From assembly GCA_002269645.1 (NCBI GenBank), contig NIVC01001533.1, positions 62,001 to 126,000 on the forward strand: a stretch of 64,000 nucleotides of DNA, read 5' to 3'. The translations under genes were made by a program, and so were the position numbers. Below the pieces are notes generated by a model. That model did no database searches. It saw nothing but the letters and a program-made list of their open reading frames with translations, and was not told the origin of the DNA. Position 1 is the stretch's first letter, and the number at the start of each line of letters is the position of its first letter. Of this stretch, positions 35,804 through 47,372 are shown one piece after another. Source of the stretch: Macrostomum lignano. Taxonomy: Eukaryota.

Positions 35804-37496
35804 GCTTCTTGGGGTGCTTGGGGTTCTTGGGGTGCTTCTTGCTTGTGCTTGAATACGTGCGGGCTTGTTATTGGCTCTGCTCACTGTTCTAAAAACTGCT
35901 GGGTTTAGTGTTTCGTATTCATGGAGGGAGTTGGATTGTGGTGGCTGCCTGCAGGAGTTGGGTTGTGGGGGCTGCCTGCAGGAGTTGGGTTGTGGTGGCT
36001 GCCTGCAGGAGTTGGATTGTGGTGGCTCATAAATAGCCAGGAACGGTAATCAAACAAGTCTGTTAACCTTATAATTACTATTTTTAAGTATTCGCTATTT
36101 CGCGCGCTCTTTCACACTCTTTAATTGTCCCTTGATGCACCGCAAACAATAGCTGGCTGCATTTCTTGTATGCAGTTCCTTTTTAGCCTGGGTCTTTGTG
36201 ACGGCCGAAAGTCTTTGTGTTTTTTTGTAAGCAAAGCAGCTGAGCTTCGAGTCTGTTGTTAGGCGCACCTGTGTCAGTGAAGTTGATAATGAAGCAGTGC
36301 ATTTTCTGGCATAAACTAGTGAGCTACTCCTAAGCATTCAGTGTATTTTTACTGATAAGCCATATCGCTAATTTCATATTTCATATTTTCAGCTTTCAAT
36401 TAATTTGTCTGCTAAACAAAATCTAAAGTATTAACTTTTCCCTTGCAATGCTACTGCTGTGGTCGGACACGAGTAGTATGTTAATTTGTGAACAAATTGT
36501 ATTCGCGCGAGTGAAATTCTGTTTGGCATTTTTTGTGGAGCTGCAATATTTATTCAGAGATAGGCCTGCACAGACGCTGGAGCGCCTACTGATATATATT
36601 TTTTTCTCTAGCTATTTTATTTACATACAGGCTTTTGTCCAAGCAGATAATTTCTACCCTATAATATCATCGTCATTGTTACAATCGCAAGCTTTATTGT
36701 CTATCATTTATGTTGTCAGATTCGTCCCCCCAAAGTACATGTACGCCTAAACAAATATTCAATTATTGAAATAGTAAAAACACGTCTATTTTACGCTATT
36801 TAAAATTGGCTTTTTGTTTATTATAAAAAAAGGAAAACAACTCGACTCTCTCTTTTTTGTTAGAATTTCAGAACACTTTTACTCAAAAGACCAGCGCCAT
36901 CTCTAAGATGGACATTTTGCTACTTAATTAACTTCTTGCTGTTTTCACATCAGTAGGCTGTTTATTGTGAATTTTCATGCAGTGTTTTTCAAACTATCTT
37001 CGATGCTCTACTTGTAAGTAGCGTGCCAAGCCAATTGTTGGCAGAATTTACAGCATTGGGAGCTTGGCGCATATCGCATAAGATGGGAAGGGGCTTTGCG
37101 GGTACTATTGACATTTTATCAATAAGTAAAAATCAGCAGATGGGAAAATTGCAGTAAGAAATAAAATCTGGCTAGAATTTTGATCGAATTGGCATGCAGG
37201 TGAGTCTTACTAGTGTTAGTCTTTGGGAGGATTCTTGGAAGCGGGCGCTTGAGCTGCATGCTGAGTTAATTAACTATTCGTTTTAGATTCAGAGATTCTT
37301 CATGCAAAGTACTTTAAAAACAGTAGTGCAACCTGATGCAGTCCAAGTGTCAAAAATCGATATCTAATGATAAATGATCATCCGGTTGACTTTTCGCCAA
37401 CGATTCGCGCTCGTTAGCAAAAATATCTTAGATCCCATCTCTGTACACGAACACCCTCTCCTGCGCTTCAGTCGGTAAAGTTCACTTCTTTCCCGC

Positions 37497-38844
37497 TCAG
37501 ACAATGACAGCCTTTGGCGCCGACGGATCCAGCGGCATCTTCTCGTCCGTGATGTACTTGGCCGACTCGGCCGGGCTGTCCAGCTCGGTGGACTGGCTGT
37601 GCCACAGTTCGAATGTCTTGCGCACAACCTCGGCGGTGACGATGTCGCCTGCGTTCTTGTTGATCACGGATAGGAGGAAGGTGCCGTCGCTGCGAATGAG
37701 GTCGTCGACGAACTCGCACTCCCAGGCCTTGTTGCGCGAGAATTTCTTGCCGTCCGAGTCGATGACTTCAGCAATCTTCAGATACTTCTTCACGATTCGT
37801 CGCCGGCTTGGGCTCACCATGAGCTTCATGAGCCACCGAGTCAGGGACACGATGTTCAGGCTCAGCATTATCACCACCCAGAACCAAATGACAACGTAGA
37901 ATTTCTCGTTTAGCATGTTCACTGGCAGGACGCATTGCAGAATGTAGGACCTGGGCGCGCCAACGTTGCGCACCTCGAAGTGGCAGTAGGTCACTCTGGG
38001 GAACACATTCGTGGTCTGCCAGGTGCGATTGTTGGCTATGTCATTGAATATCTGCAGTCCGAAGCTAGTCATGTTGAGGCCCAGGTAGCTTCGCATCAGG
38101 TAGAGCTGTCCGATGCAGTTGGCGATGTAGCAGGCCTTCACCAGCACGTAAGCCGCTAGCAGGTACATTGCGAAGGCCGGCTTGCCTAGCAGGAAGGACG
38201 TCAACCGTTTGCACGCGTTCTCGTGACCGTAGCGCGATCGATAGCGGAAGAATCGCAGCAGGGAGCTGGCCAGGAAAGCCACTTTTGTCTTGCGTTCGTC
38301 GCCAACAAGGCAGTCAGACTCGAGCTTGCGAGCCTGCTCAGCGAGCTGGCGCATGTCAACGCCAACGTTGGTGCTGAGCATCAGCCACAGCAGGTGAGGC
38401 ACGTAGAACAGCACGGCCTGGGCCATGAGGATGAACGGCACCCATTGGTAGTAGTCTGAAATTGGACGAGTGCAAATCAGGTGTGCAATAAACTGATTCA
38501 ATCCCTAGCTAGGGCGAGATGACCTAGCAAATGTACTCACAGATTGTTCTTCCCTCGCCAGGCTTGTTGGTGTGCCCAATAGGCACGTCGGGATCGAAAT
38601 AGAAGGTATTCTCCACCCAGCAATAGTTCTCGGCGTACTGCATCCGTTGGTCGTCCAGTTCTTTGAGTGTCCAGCACTGGATCGGCTCAAACACGTACTG
38701 CTTCATGCCGATGATGGTGGCGATGGCCAGCAGGATGCCAGGCGTCAGCGCGTAGTTCAGCCTGTCATAATAGTCCTCGGCTCCGTGCGGCACCGACTTG
38801 GCGGCGCCGGCTAGCTTAGTGAAGCTGCTGAGATAACCGTCCAT
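37497..38844 (-). CDS. inx: Innexin gap-junction protein (2 exons, ~420 aa)
   Basis: Exons 38844-38541 and 38455-37497 with an 85-nt intron (T|gtgagt..tttcag|AC) restore RTIYYYQWVPF. Also present: DRLNY, QY..EPIQCW, YAENYCW, FPRVTYC, CVLPVNMLNEK and WFW motifs. Confidence 0.96.
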
Positions 38845-39689
38845 GACTGCTGGCTATAGGGATTCAGGGACTGCTAAGCTGCAGCAAGCTGAACTGGTTC
38901 CTAGGGGAGAGGCTGCTGGTTTTCAAAACAACCTACCATTATTCGCCTTTGGTGGCGTGCGTGTTTATATTATGCATGCTTGGTTGCACAGCAGGTCTGG
39001 GGTAGATGGGGTAAAGAGAGAGAGAGAGAAAGTGGTCTTTACTGGAAAGTGAACTGCAACCAGTACAACTGCCAGTGGTGACCCTGTAGCTGGTGTGTCT
39101 GTTTCACCCCCAATCTGTGTCCTGAGCGCGTCAGTCTCTCTTGGCTTTTCTGGCCACAAATTTGCATGGCCGCCTCACCTGTTCGAGCTGGGGTTTCGAA
39201 TTACTTTTCTGCGCAACAAAAACCTGCCCCGAGGGAGTCGGAAATCGATGCGGACAGTCGTACCTGCGCCACTTTTCTCGATCGGGCATTTCCTTTCTTG
39301 GCTTCTCCTGTTGTCCCCCGGGTCACTTGAGTCCAATTTATTTTTCCGCACATACGCCAGCATTGCAATATTAATTGCGCATAAATTTATTACTCTGAAG
39401 TCAACGCCGCACCAGGGACTACGCGCTGATTAATTAATTTCGAGAAGGCAAGTGTGTCGAATAAAATCACCGATGAGATGAGAGGGCTAGAAAGTGCAAC
39501 TGCCGATTGGATCAGTTGGGTTGATTGGCTGACCGTTCGCGGCATGTCTCACTGTGCTGCCCAAAGGGATATCGAATTGAGCACCGGAATGGTCTCGAAG
39601 CAAAGCTTTGGCTGACTGACTACAATTGATCGTTACTAGCTATCCCTAGCTATCCTGTGGGACTGTCAAACAATCCACTGGTCCGACGG

Positions 39690-40135
39690 ATTGCTAAGAT
39701 TAGCTGGGGGTAGTTAGGAATAGCTAGTGATAGCTAAGGTTAGCTAGGAATAGTTATGGATAGTTAACGATAGCTAGGGACAGCTATGGTCAGGTAGAGA
39801 TAGTTAGTGATATCTAGGAATGGTTAGGAATACCTAGAGATAGCTAGGGATAGCTAGAGATAGCTAGGGATAGTTAGGGATAGCTTGTGATAGCTTGGGA
39901 TAGTTATGGAAAGCTAGGGATACCTATATTTAGCTAGGGATAGCTTGGGATAGTTAGGGAAAGCTAGGGATAGCTTGGGATAGTTAAGGAAAACTATATT
40001 TAGCTAGGGATAGCTTGGGATAGTTAGGGAAAGCTAGGGATAGCTTGGGATAGTTAAGGAAAACTATATTTAGCTAGGGATAGCTTGGGATGGTTAGGGA
40101 AAGCTAGGGATAGGTATGTTAAGCTAGGGAATTTA
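39690..40135 (+). repeat. Degenerate 11-12-bp repeat (GATAGCTAGG/GATAGCTTGG)
   Basis: Direct inspection; upstream of innexin. Confidence 0.8.
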
Positions 40136-40443
40136 TCGCATTCAGTCAGCTTGGTACGGAGCTGGACTTCGTGGCTCCAATCCAAGGCTCCAAGGCTCCA
40201 AATTTGATCAGTTCGTCGGGATTTGCTCTCAGAAAATGCCTGAGAATATTTTGCTGCATCTGCACACCGTTTGCTTCACAAATTTTAAGTTAAATGCGAC
40301 ATTTCGACGAAAAATTAAGGCTCAGAATTATTTACCAAAAAGGCTATTAGGATTAGAAAACTCAAAATCAGGCTAAAATTTACACAATAATTAACTGCGC
40401 ATTTGCCAGAGCAGAACGAGTATGCCTAGCTCATATAATGGAT

Positions 40444-40546
40444 AAATAATCAGCGGTCCCAGTGCGTGACAACGATTGTCTGGCGAGCGCCGGTAGGCGC
40501 GAGCCATAGACAAATCGTTGTTACGTGCTGCGACCGCTGATTATTT
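40444..40546 (+). other. 103-nt near-perfect hairpin
   Basis: AAATAATCAGCGGTC..GACCGCTGATTATTT outer stem; pairing continues to a GGTA loop. Confidence 0.75.
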
Positions 40547-40574
40547 GCATTGTTTTTCTGTTTGACGATCCTAA

Positions 40575-40722
40575 AAACAATGCATTGTTTGTAGTAATGT
40601 ATTGTTCTGCATAAAAAATGCGAATAATGATCGTCAAATTGCTAAACAATGCATTGTTTGTAGTAATGTATTGTTCTGCATAAAAAATGCGAATAATGAT
40701 CGTCAAATTGCTAAACAATGCA
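40575..40722 (+). repeat. 69-bp tandem duplication (2 copies plus a partial)
   Basis: AAACAATGCATTG at 40575 and 40644. Confidence 0.9.
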
Positions 40723-40814
40723 CGTAGTGAAGTATAAGCTCAATTCGGTTTTCAATACGAGCTAAAAATAGAAAGTAAGAAAGCAATGAATTTTGTCCGG
40801 ACATTAGAGGCCGT

Positions 40815-41030
40815 CTATTGGCACTCAATCTGTCACTCCAGTGCCTCACTCTTCTGGCACTCTATCTGTCACTCCGCTGCCTCACTCTACTGGCACTCAA
40901 TCTGTCACTCCGCTGCCTCACTCTACTGGCACTCAATCTGTCACTCCGCTGCCTCACTCTTCTGGCACTCAATCTGTCACACCGCTGCCTCACTCTTCTG
41001 GCACTCTATCTGGCACACCACTGCCTCTCT
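40815..41030 (+). repeat. 36-bp minisatellite (TGGCACTCAATCTGTCACTCCGCTGCCTCACTCTTC), ~6 copies
   Basis: Direct inspection. Confidence 0.92.
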
Positions 41031-42574
41031 AAGCTCTCGATGTGCTTTAGCTTTCAGTCTGCTTTCCGACACCTGCAGCCCATAAGCTACGGCCCTGACA
41101 GGTATTTTGTTTATAAAGCGCTTAGCTGATACAGACGCAGTTTGGTACCTGGAGAAGCTGCTAAACTGTAATCAGTGCGAAGCTGCACCCGAACTGTGCG
41201 TATCTGCAGTCAGCATCTCTAAACGGCTCCCTTATTTATCATTTGTTCGTTCGCAAAGCTCTACTGTGAAAGACCAGTTTTCAAAGGGCTGCACCGTTCC
41301 TTTTTATCCGAAAGCACTGCGAAATAGCTAAGTTTATAATCCAGTCTTAGGCAAAAGTATCGAAATTTGTGAAAATTTGCATTTACCCCGAGATCCGGTC
41401 TTGCAGTACTGGCTTTAATTGTTTATGACTTTTCAGCTTCTGCGTCAAAAGTCGTGATGCTTTGCAGAGCCTACAGCGTTCATCAGTATCGCAACTAGGG
41501 TGCAGCTTTTAACTAATTGCATACAGCACGGTCTGGGTGCGTGTTAAGCTAAGCGGTTGAAATTGTTGCGTGGGAAATTTATTATTCATGACAATTAGCT
41601 ATCTAATAAATATATATTTTGGGACCTGTACACCCCCATGAATGCATGTCTGGCCTCTGTTTTGGAGCCAATAAACTATTGGAGTTGTGTTTCATAGACT
41701 GTGTTGCATGACATATATTGAGAAGCTCAACTAAAGAAAGGAGGAAATGTCGCAATTACAACAATTACTAGAATGATGTTGAATCCTTGGTTGTTGCTGA
41801 TGGAAATTTTAGTAATTAGTAATAGTTGATTAAAATAAATGACATAAAAACATAAAAAACTTCTGTTTAAGCATAGCGAATGCTTGCGTTTGCATCCGCT
41901 CAAGCGTGCACGATTCCTATCAACAAAATAACGCATGCATATACCAACCACTAGACCGCTTTTAGTACGACTTTCGTCAGCATGTTTTTCTATACAAGCT
42001 TATTCTGTGCATTTTCAGTTGGAAATTGGAGCTAAGTCCATTTAAAGTTTTGGCCTTTTACAGTATAATTGAACTTGTTAATCTTTCTACGATTTTATAG
42101 CTCGTGGATGGAATCGAGGATGATTGAGGGCCGCATTAACGGCTGCTGATATAAATTCACGAGCTCGAGTTTGCTCCGGCCCCGTTATAAAAATCGATGC
42201 TGAATATTGAAACCCGCTCCAACTATGCAGACAGAGCTGTCAAGGAAACGGCAGCTGCGGGCGTTCCGTCTGCATCAGCGGCTGACTGTCAAGGAATTTT
42301 TGGACAGTTCGACCATTCATGGCTTGTGGAGGCTGCAACAGCAGCAGCAGAACGAGCAGTTGGAGGACACGGATAGGTAGGAAGACAATTCAATGCAGGA
42401 AAAGTCAAGTAGAAAGCGAGTAAATAAGGTGACAACTCAAATTTGAAATTTGAGCACACAAGCGCGCCAATACTGTACTCAGGCGCGCACGTACACGCGC
42501 TCTCACAGGGTGTACAGCGGCCCCATGACTTTCTAATCGTCTCCGGACAATTTTCGTGCACAAGCCGCGAATGA

Positions 42575-45461
42575 ATGAATTTCGACGCGCACGGAATCGA
42601 GCCTGAAGTCGTGCGGCGCGACAGTCGGATGCGTTTTACCGCTGAGTTACTGTCCCTGCACGTCTTCTCTGACCCTCAATGCAGGGGTGGGCAAACTCTG
42701 TCCGGCCCTCGGGTCCTTGGACACTTTAGAATGGCAATCCGGCCCGCTCAAGGTTTGTGTCTTCTCAGTTATCTCTCCTGCTCTCCTCTCCTCTCCTCCT
42801 CTCTCCTCTCTCCTCTCCTCTCCTTTCCTTTCCTTTCCTTTCCTCTCCTCTCCTCTCCTCTCCTCTCCTCTCCTCTCCTCTCCTCTCATCTCCTCTCCTC
42901 TCCTCTCCTGCTCTCCTCTCCTCTCATCTCCTCTCCTCTCCTCTCATCTCCTCTCATCTCCTCTCCTCTCCTCTCCTCTCCTGCTCTCCTCTCCTCTCCT
43001 CTCATCTCCTCTCATCTCCTCTCATCTCCTCTCATCTCCTCTCATCTCCTCTCCTCTCCTCTCCTCTCCTCTCCTCTCCTCTCATCTCCTCTCATCTCCT
43101 CTCCTCTCCTCTCCTCTCCTCTCCTGCTCTCCTCTCCTCTCCTCTCATCTCCTCTCATCTCCTCTCATCTCCTCTCCTCTCCTCTCCTCTCCTCTCCTCT
43201 CCTGCTCTCCTCTCCTCTCCTCTCCTCTCCTCTCCTCTCCTCTCATCTCCTCTCATCTCCTCTCCTCTCCTCTCCTCTCCTCTCCTCTCCTGCTCTCCTC
43301 TCCTCTCATCTCCTCTCCTCTCCTCTCCTCTCATCTCCTCTCCTCTCCCCTCTCATCTCCTCTCCTCTCCCCTCTCATCTCCTCTCCTCTCCCCTCTCCT
43401 CTCCTCTCCCCTCTCATCTCCTCTCCTCTCCCCTCTCATCTCCTCTCCTCTCCCCTCTCCTCTCCACTCCTCTTATCTACTTTCTTCTCACTCATCTCTA
43501 CTCTCATAGCCTCTTTAATCTCGCCCCTTACCTCCCCTCTCTTTTGTCATCTCTCATCTCCTCCTTCTTCTCTCTCCCCCATTCCCTCTCCTTTCCACTC
43601 TCAACTGACCCGCAGCCATGAGCTGGATTTTTTATCAGGCCCTTGAGGTAAAAATTTTGCCGACCCCAGCCGTAATGTATTAATTTGTTATATTACGTGC
43701 AATAATAAAAAAATTGCCCACAGGTGTCAAAACACGGCGAATTCTTCTGTTTGTTTGCAAAGCCCTCAGCAGCGGAGGTGTCACAGTAGTCGCTTAGCTT
43801 GGCCCTGCCTTCTGGTGTGCACTTTTGCCAGCCTGTGTCTGCACCTGTCCCAGCAGGTGTCCGTCTACTATCGCTATCCGCTGCAATCGTCTACTCGCGA
43901 GCTGCCAAACGCTTTCCGTTCCCCCAGCGTCACCCTGTGCGAGGCCGGTCAGTCGCGCCTGTTCCGGCTGGCGACGCCTACGAGTCGAATCTTCAGCGAC
44001 TTTGTACACCTCACTGGTTGGTTGCTCCACCTGGCATTGGAAGACAGCGGCCTGGAACTGCTGCCCGGCATTGCCAGCCGCGGTCTGCAAGCCAGGGACC
44101 TGATCATTCAGTGCCGATTGGACGGCGTCGAGTGCAGACCGGATGCGTTTCAGCGTTTCTATCATGGCCGACACGGGAACTGCTTCACTCTGGCCGGAGG
44201 CGACGGCAGCGGAGGGAGCAACGACAGCGGCCCGACGGTCGGCAAGGGGCTCAGCCTGGTGCTCTACTCGCCGGGTTCGGACCAGCACTATCGACACGCC
44301 TTGGAGATCGGCCGACGCCGCCCAGGCGACGGTCTGGAGACACTCGGCATCCTGGTCACCGCGCACGCAGTCGGTACGGCGCCGCACATAGACGAGGATG
44401 CGGTGCTGGCGGCCGTCGGACAGACAACCGCCATCGGGCTGCGGGAACTCCAAACCGCTCTGTGCAACACGCCCGTCCGGCCTTGCCAAGCAACTGGCGA
44501 GTTTCGAACGCAGCTCGGTGGCAGCCGAGTCTATCGAACAACTTTGGCTGACCGGCTTGACTGGCGCTCTGCCGAGCACACGCTGGCTCGGTGCGGCTGC
44601 CTGCCGATTGGCCAGGCGCTGCCCGACCGACTGCTTGGGGGCGACTCCAGTCGTCCTCCTCGCCTGTGCGTTGATGCATTCGACATCGCCCGCGGCTTCG
44701 GCTTCTTTGAAGAGCTTCGAAGGGCCCGTCGGCGCGTGTGCAACAGTTCCTCGAGCGATGGCAGCTGGGACCGTCGGCCCTGCTTGGCTCGGCTGCTTTT
44801 GCGATCGCCGAGATTACGTCGCAACTGGGACGCTCTGCGCTGCTATCAACTCAATGGAAGCCATCAGAACGAAGAGCCGATGGAAGACCAGTGCGAGTCT
44901 ACCGCCTACCAGTTCCAGATATTCACTTCGGAGCTGCCCGATTCGGAGGACGCCAATGCCACGACTGGACGCTACGATGCCCGCCTGATCTTTCAGTCGC
45001 TGAGTTCCGCATTGGCTGCGGCGGTTGCCCAGCACGAAGTGACAGCAGATGCAGCAGCGCCTCATTCTCTGCCAGCGGTTACGCACTCAGTTCAGGCCTT
45101 GGGTCTCCGTCCAGCCGACTGCGCTGCCATGGTCCGAAGAGCCTTCGCCAACGAGAGCCACTGCGCATTGGTGCAGGAATTCGTGTCCAGGCACATGCTC
45201 CGGGTGCAGGTGTACCCAGTGAGCTTAGACGTGGCTCGCTTCGCCGAGGAGCGAAGTTACAGCGCAGTTGACCTGCTGTCACATATGGGCGGAATTCTGG
45301 GCCTCTGGATTGGCGCTTCGGTGGTGTCCCTGTGCGAGCTGCTTGAATTGGTCGCCTTCCTCTGCGCTGGAGCCGTCGGTCTCAGCGCTGGCAGACGAGG
45401 GCTGCCCTGCCTGACCGACCAGTGGACCGAGATGAATGATAAAAAAATAGAATCTATGTAG
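42575..45461 (+). CDS. DEG/ENaC (amiloride-sensitive channel superfamily) subunit, ~602 aa
   Basis: Main exon 43724-45461 has TM1 (LAWPCLLVC), PSVTLC, IIQCRLDGVEC, HGNCFTL, GLSLVL, a Cys-rich thumb and YSAVDLLSHMGGILGLWIGASVVSLCE. It has no early ATG. Proposed exon 1 at 42575-42645 joins in phase 2 (GA|gttact..cccacag|G); that exon is less certain. Confidence 0.88.
42682..43669 (+). mobile_element. hAT-type MITE with internal (CTCTC)n microsatellite, in the DEG/ENaC intron
   Basis: Ends CAGGGGTGGGCAAA / TTTGCCGACCCCAG; flanks CCTCAATG / CCGTAATG (6/8 TSD match); CCGGCCC subterminal motifs; CT tract at ~42770-43600. Confidence 0.75.
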
Positions 45462-45545
45462 ATAGTAAGGCCTAACGGAGGATAAAAGTAAGACAGAATA
45501 GGACGAGACTTCACATGACAAGTACCATACAGAACGCGAAGAAAG

Positions 45546-46335
45546 AATACAGTACCGTATAGGATGCGACGAGAGAAGACAGTACCGTATAGGATGCGAC
45601 GAGAGAAGACAGTGCCGCATAGGATGCGACGAGAGAAGACAGTACCGTATAGGATGCGACGAGAGAAGACAGTATGGTATAGGATGCGACGAGAGAAGAC
45701 AGTGCCGCATAGGATGCGACGAGAGAAGACAGTATGGTATAGGATGCGACGAGAGAAGACAGTGCCGCATAGGATGCGACGAGAGAAGACAGTGCCGCAT
45801 AGGATGCGACGAGAGAAGACAGTACCGTATAGGATGCGACGAGAGAAGACAGTATGGTATAGGATGCGACGAGAGAAGACAGTGCCGCATAGGATGCGAC
45901 GAGAGAAGACAGTATGGTATAGGATGCGACGAGAGAAGACAGTATGGTATAGGATGCGACGAGAGAAGACAGTACCGTATAGGATGCGACGAGAGAAGAC
46001 AGTGCCGCATAGGATGCGACGAGAGAAGACAGTGCCGCATAGGATGCGACGAGAGAAGACAGTACCGCATAGGATGCGACGAGAGAAGACAGTGCCGCAT
46101 AGGATGCGACGAGAGAAGACAGTACCGCATAGGATGCGACGAGAGAAGACAGTGCCGCATAGGATGCGACGAGAGAAGACAGTACCGTATAGGATGCGAC
46201 GAGAGAAGACAGTACCGTATAGGATGCGACGAGAGAAGACAGTACCGTATAGGATGCGACGAGAGAAGACAGTACCGTATAGGATGCGACGAGAGAAGAC
46301 AGTGCCGTATAGGATGCGACGAGAGAAGACAGTAT
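45546..46335 (+). repeat. 30-bp minisatellite (GAGAGAAGACAGTACCGTATAGGATGCGAC), ~26 copies
   Basis: Begins ~85 nt after the DEG/ENaC stop. Confidence 0.97.
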
Positions 46336-47372
46336 CGGGTAGGAAAAGATGAAAACTAAATTAGTAAAAGGGACAAGACTGGATTTGTTAAACTACTCTC
46401 AAGTCAAGCAACAAACGGGGCAAAAAAATAACATTTGCACATTTCTACTTTTATCAGCTAGTAGCGCTAATGCGACAGATACGTGTAATTGTGCAGTGCA
46501 GCGTGCCAGAGTGTGCGAGTCAGACCCACTGTCATCTAATTTCGTAACCTCACTTTACTCGTCTGCTTCGACTGTTTTTCGGCCCCCAAGCACCGCAGTT
46601 CAAAGAGCACGCTGCCCTATTTACTGACCCTGCAGCATTGTAGAAAAACATCGGCACCATTCGTGACTCTGCGATAACCAAGGCAACAAAACTAAGTTAA
46701 ATTTTCGTCTCAGATTGCAAATGGTTTTTAAGCAGACCGTGTTTTATCTTCTATTTACTATAGGCTTAGATAAATAGTAGGTAAAGAGCTGACTGAAGTA
46801 CTTCATGTGCTTTGAAATACTCTCTTTTTGATATGCGTCATATATTAATAATCATTTTCATAACGCAGATGTACTCTTCAAAAAATCAAACCGCTTCAAC
46901 TACGCAAAGAGTTGACCGGTTCTTTGTGTATGAAAAAAAATGCCAATGCATTGTTTTTGAAAAATATGTTTATTAAGAATAAAAAACTTTGCCTTGATAG
47001 TTTACGCAGATTATTAAGTCTAATGTCAATCTTTGGTACGATTGGGTCCAGCTGATAGAATAAAATGCCTTTTTAAAAAGTCTTGCTTATACGTGGCAAA
47101 ATTGTATTCTATTTTTACATAAGCGCTTAGAACAAGGCATTATAAGCTGACGATACAAAATGTATAACAAATCAAAGTTCTATATCTGAATATTTTTCTG
47201 GAATAAGAACGAAATTCTTACGTATAGAAAGACAAGCTCTAAAAGTTTAGCGAGTTTGAACTGAATGGACGTAGGGTTGCTGCCCACTCGCAGCTTAAAA
47301 AACCAGTTACCTGTAAATGATATGACGATAAGCGAGTCCGACCCCACTAGCTGGTCTCTCCACGAGAGCTCG

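Noticed and set aside
39690-40135. Possible interstitial telomeric repeat
   Set aside because: TTAGGG occurs only sporadically; the unit is a degenerate 11-12-mer.
42575-43646. LSSPL-repeat ORFs
   Set aside because: (CTCTC)n microsatellite inside a MITE; only the first 71 nt are proposed as coding.
43794-45282. Multiple overlapping ORFs across the DEG/ENaC exon (similar cases occur over iRhom, innexin and BTB)
   Set aside because: Expected shadow ORFs of GC-rich coding sequence.
45279-46352. MRREKTVPYR and antisense repeat ORFs
   Set aside because: 30-bp array downstream of the channel stop; openness follows from unit length being a multiple of 3.
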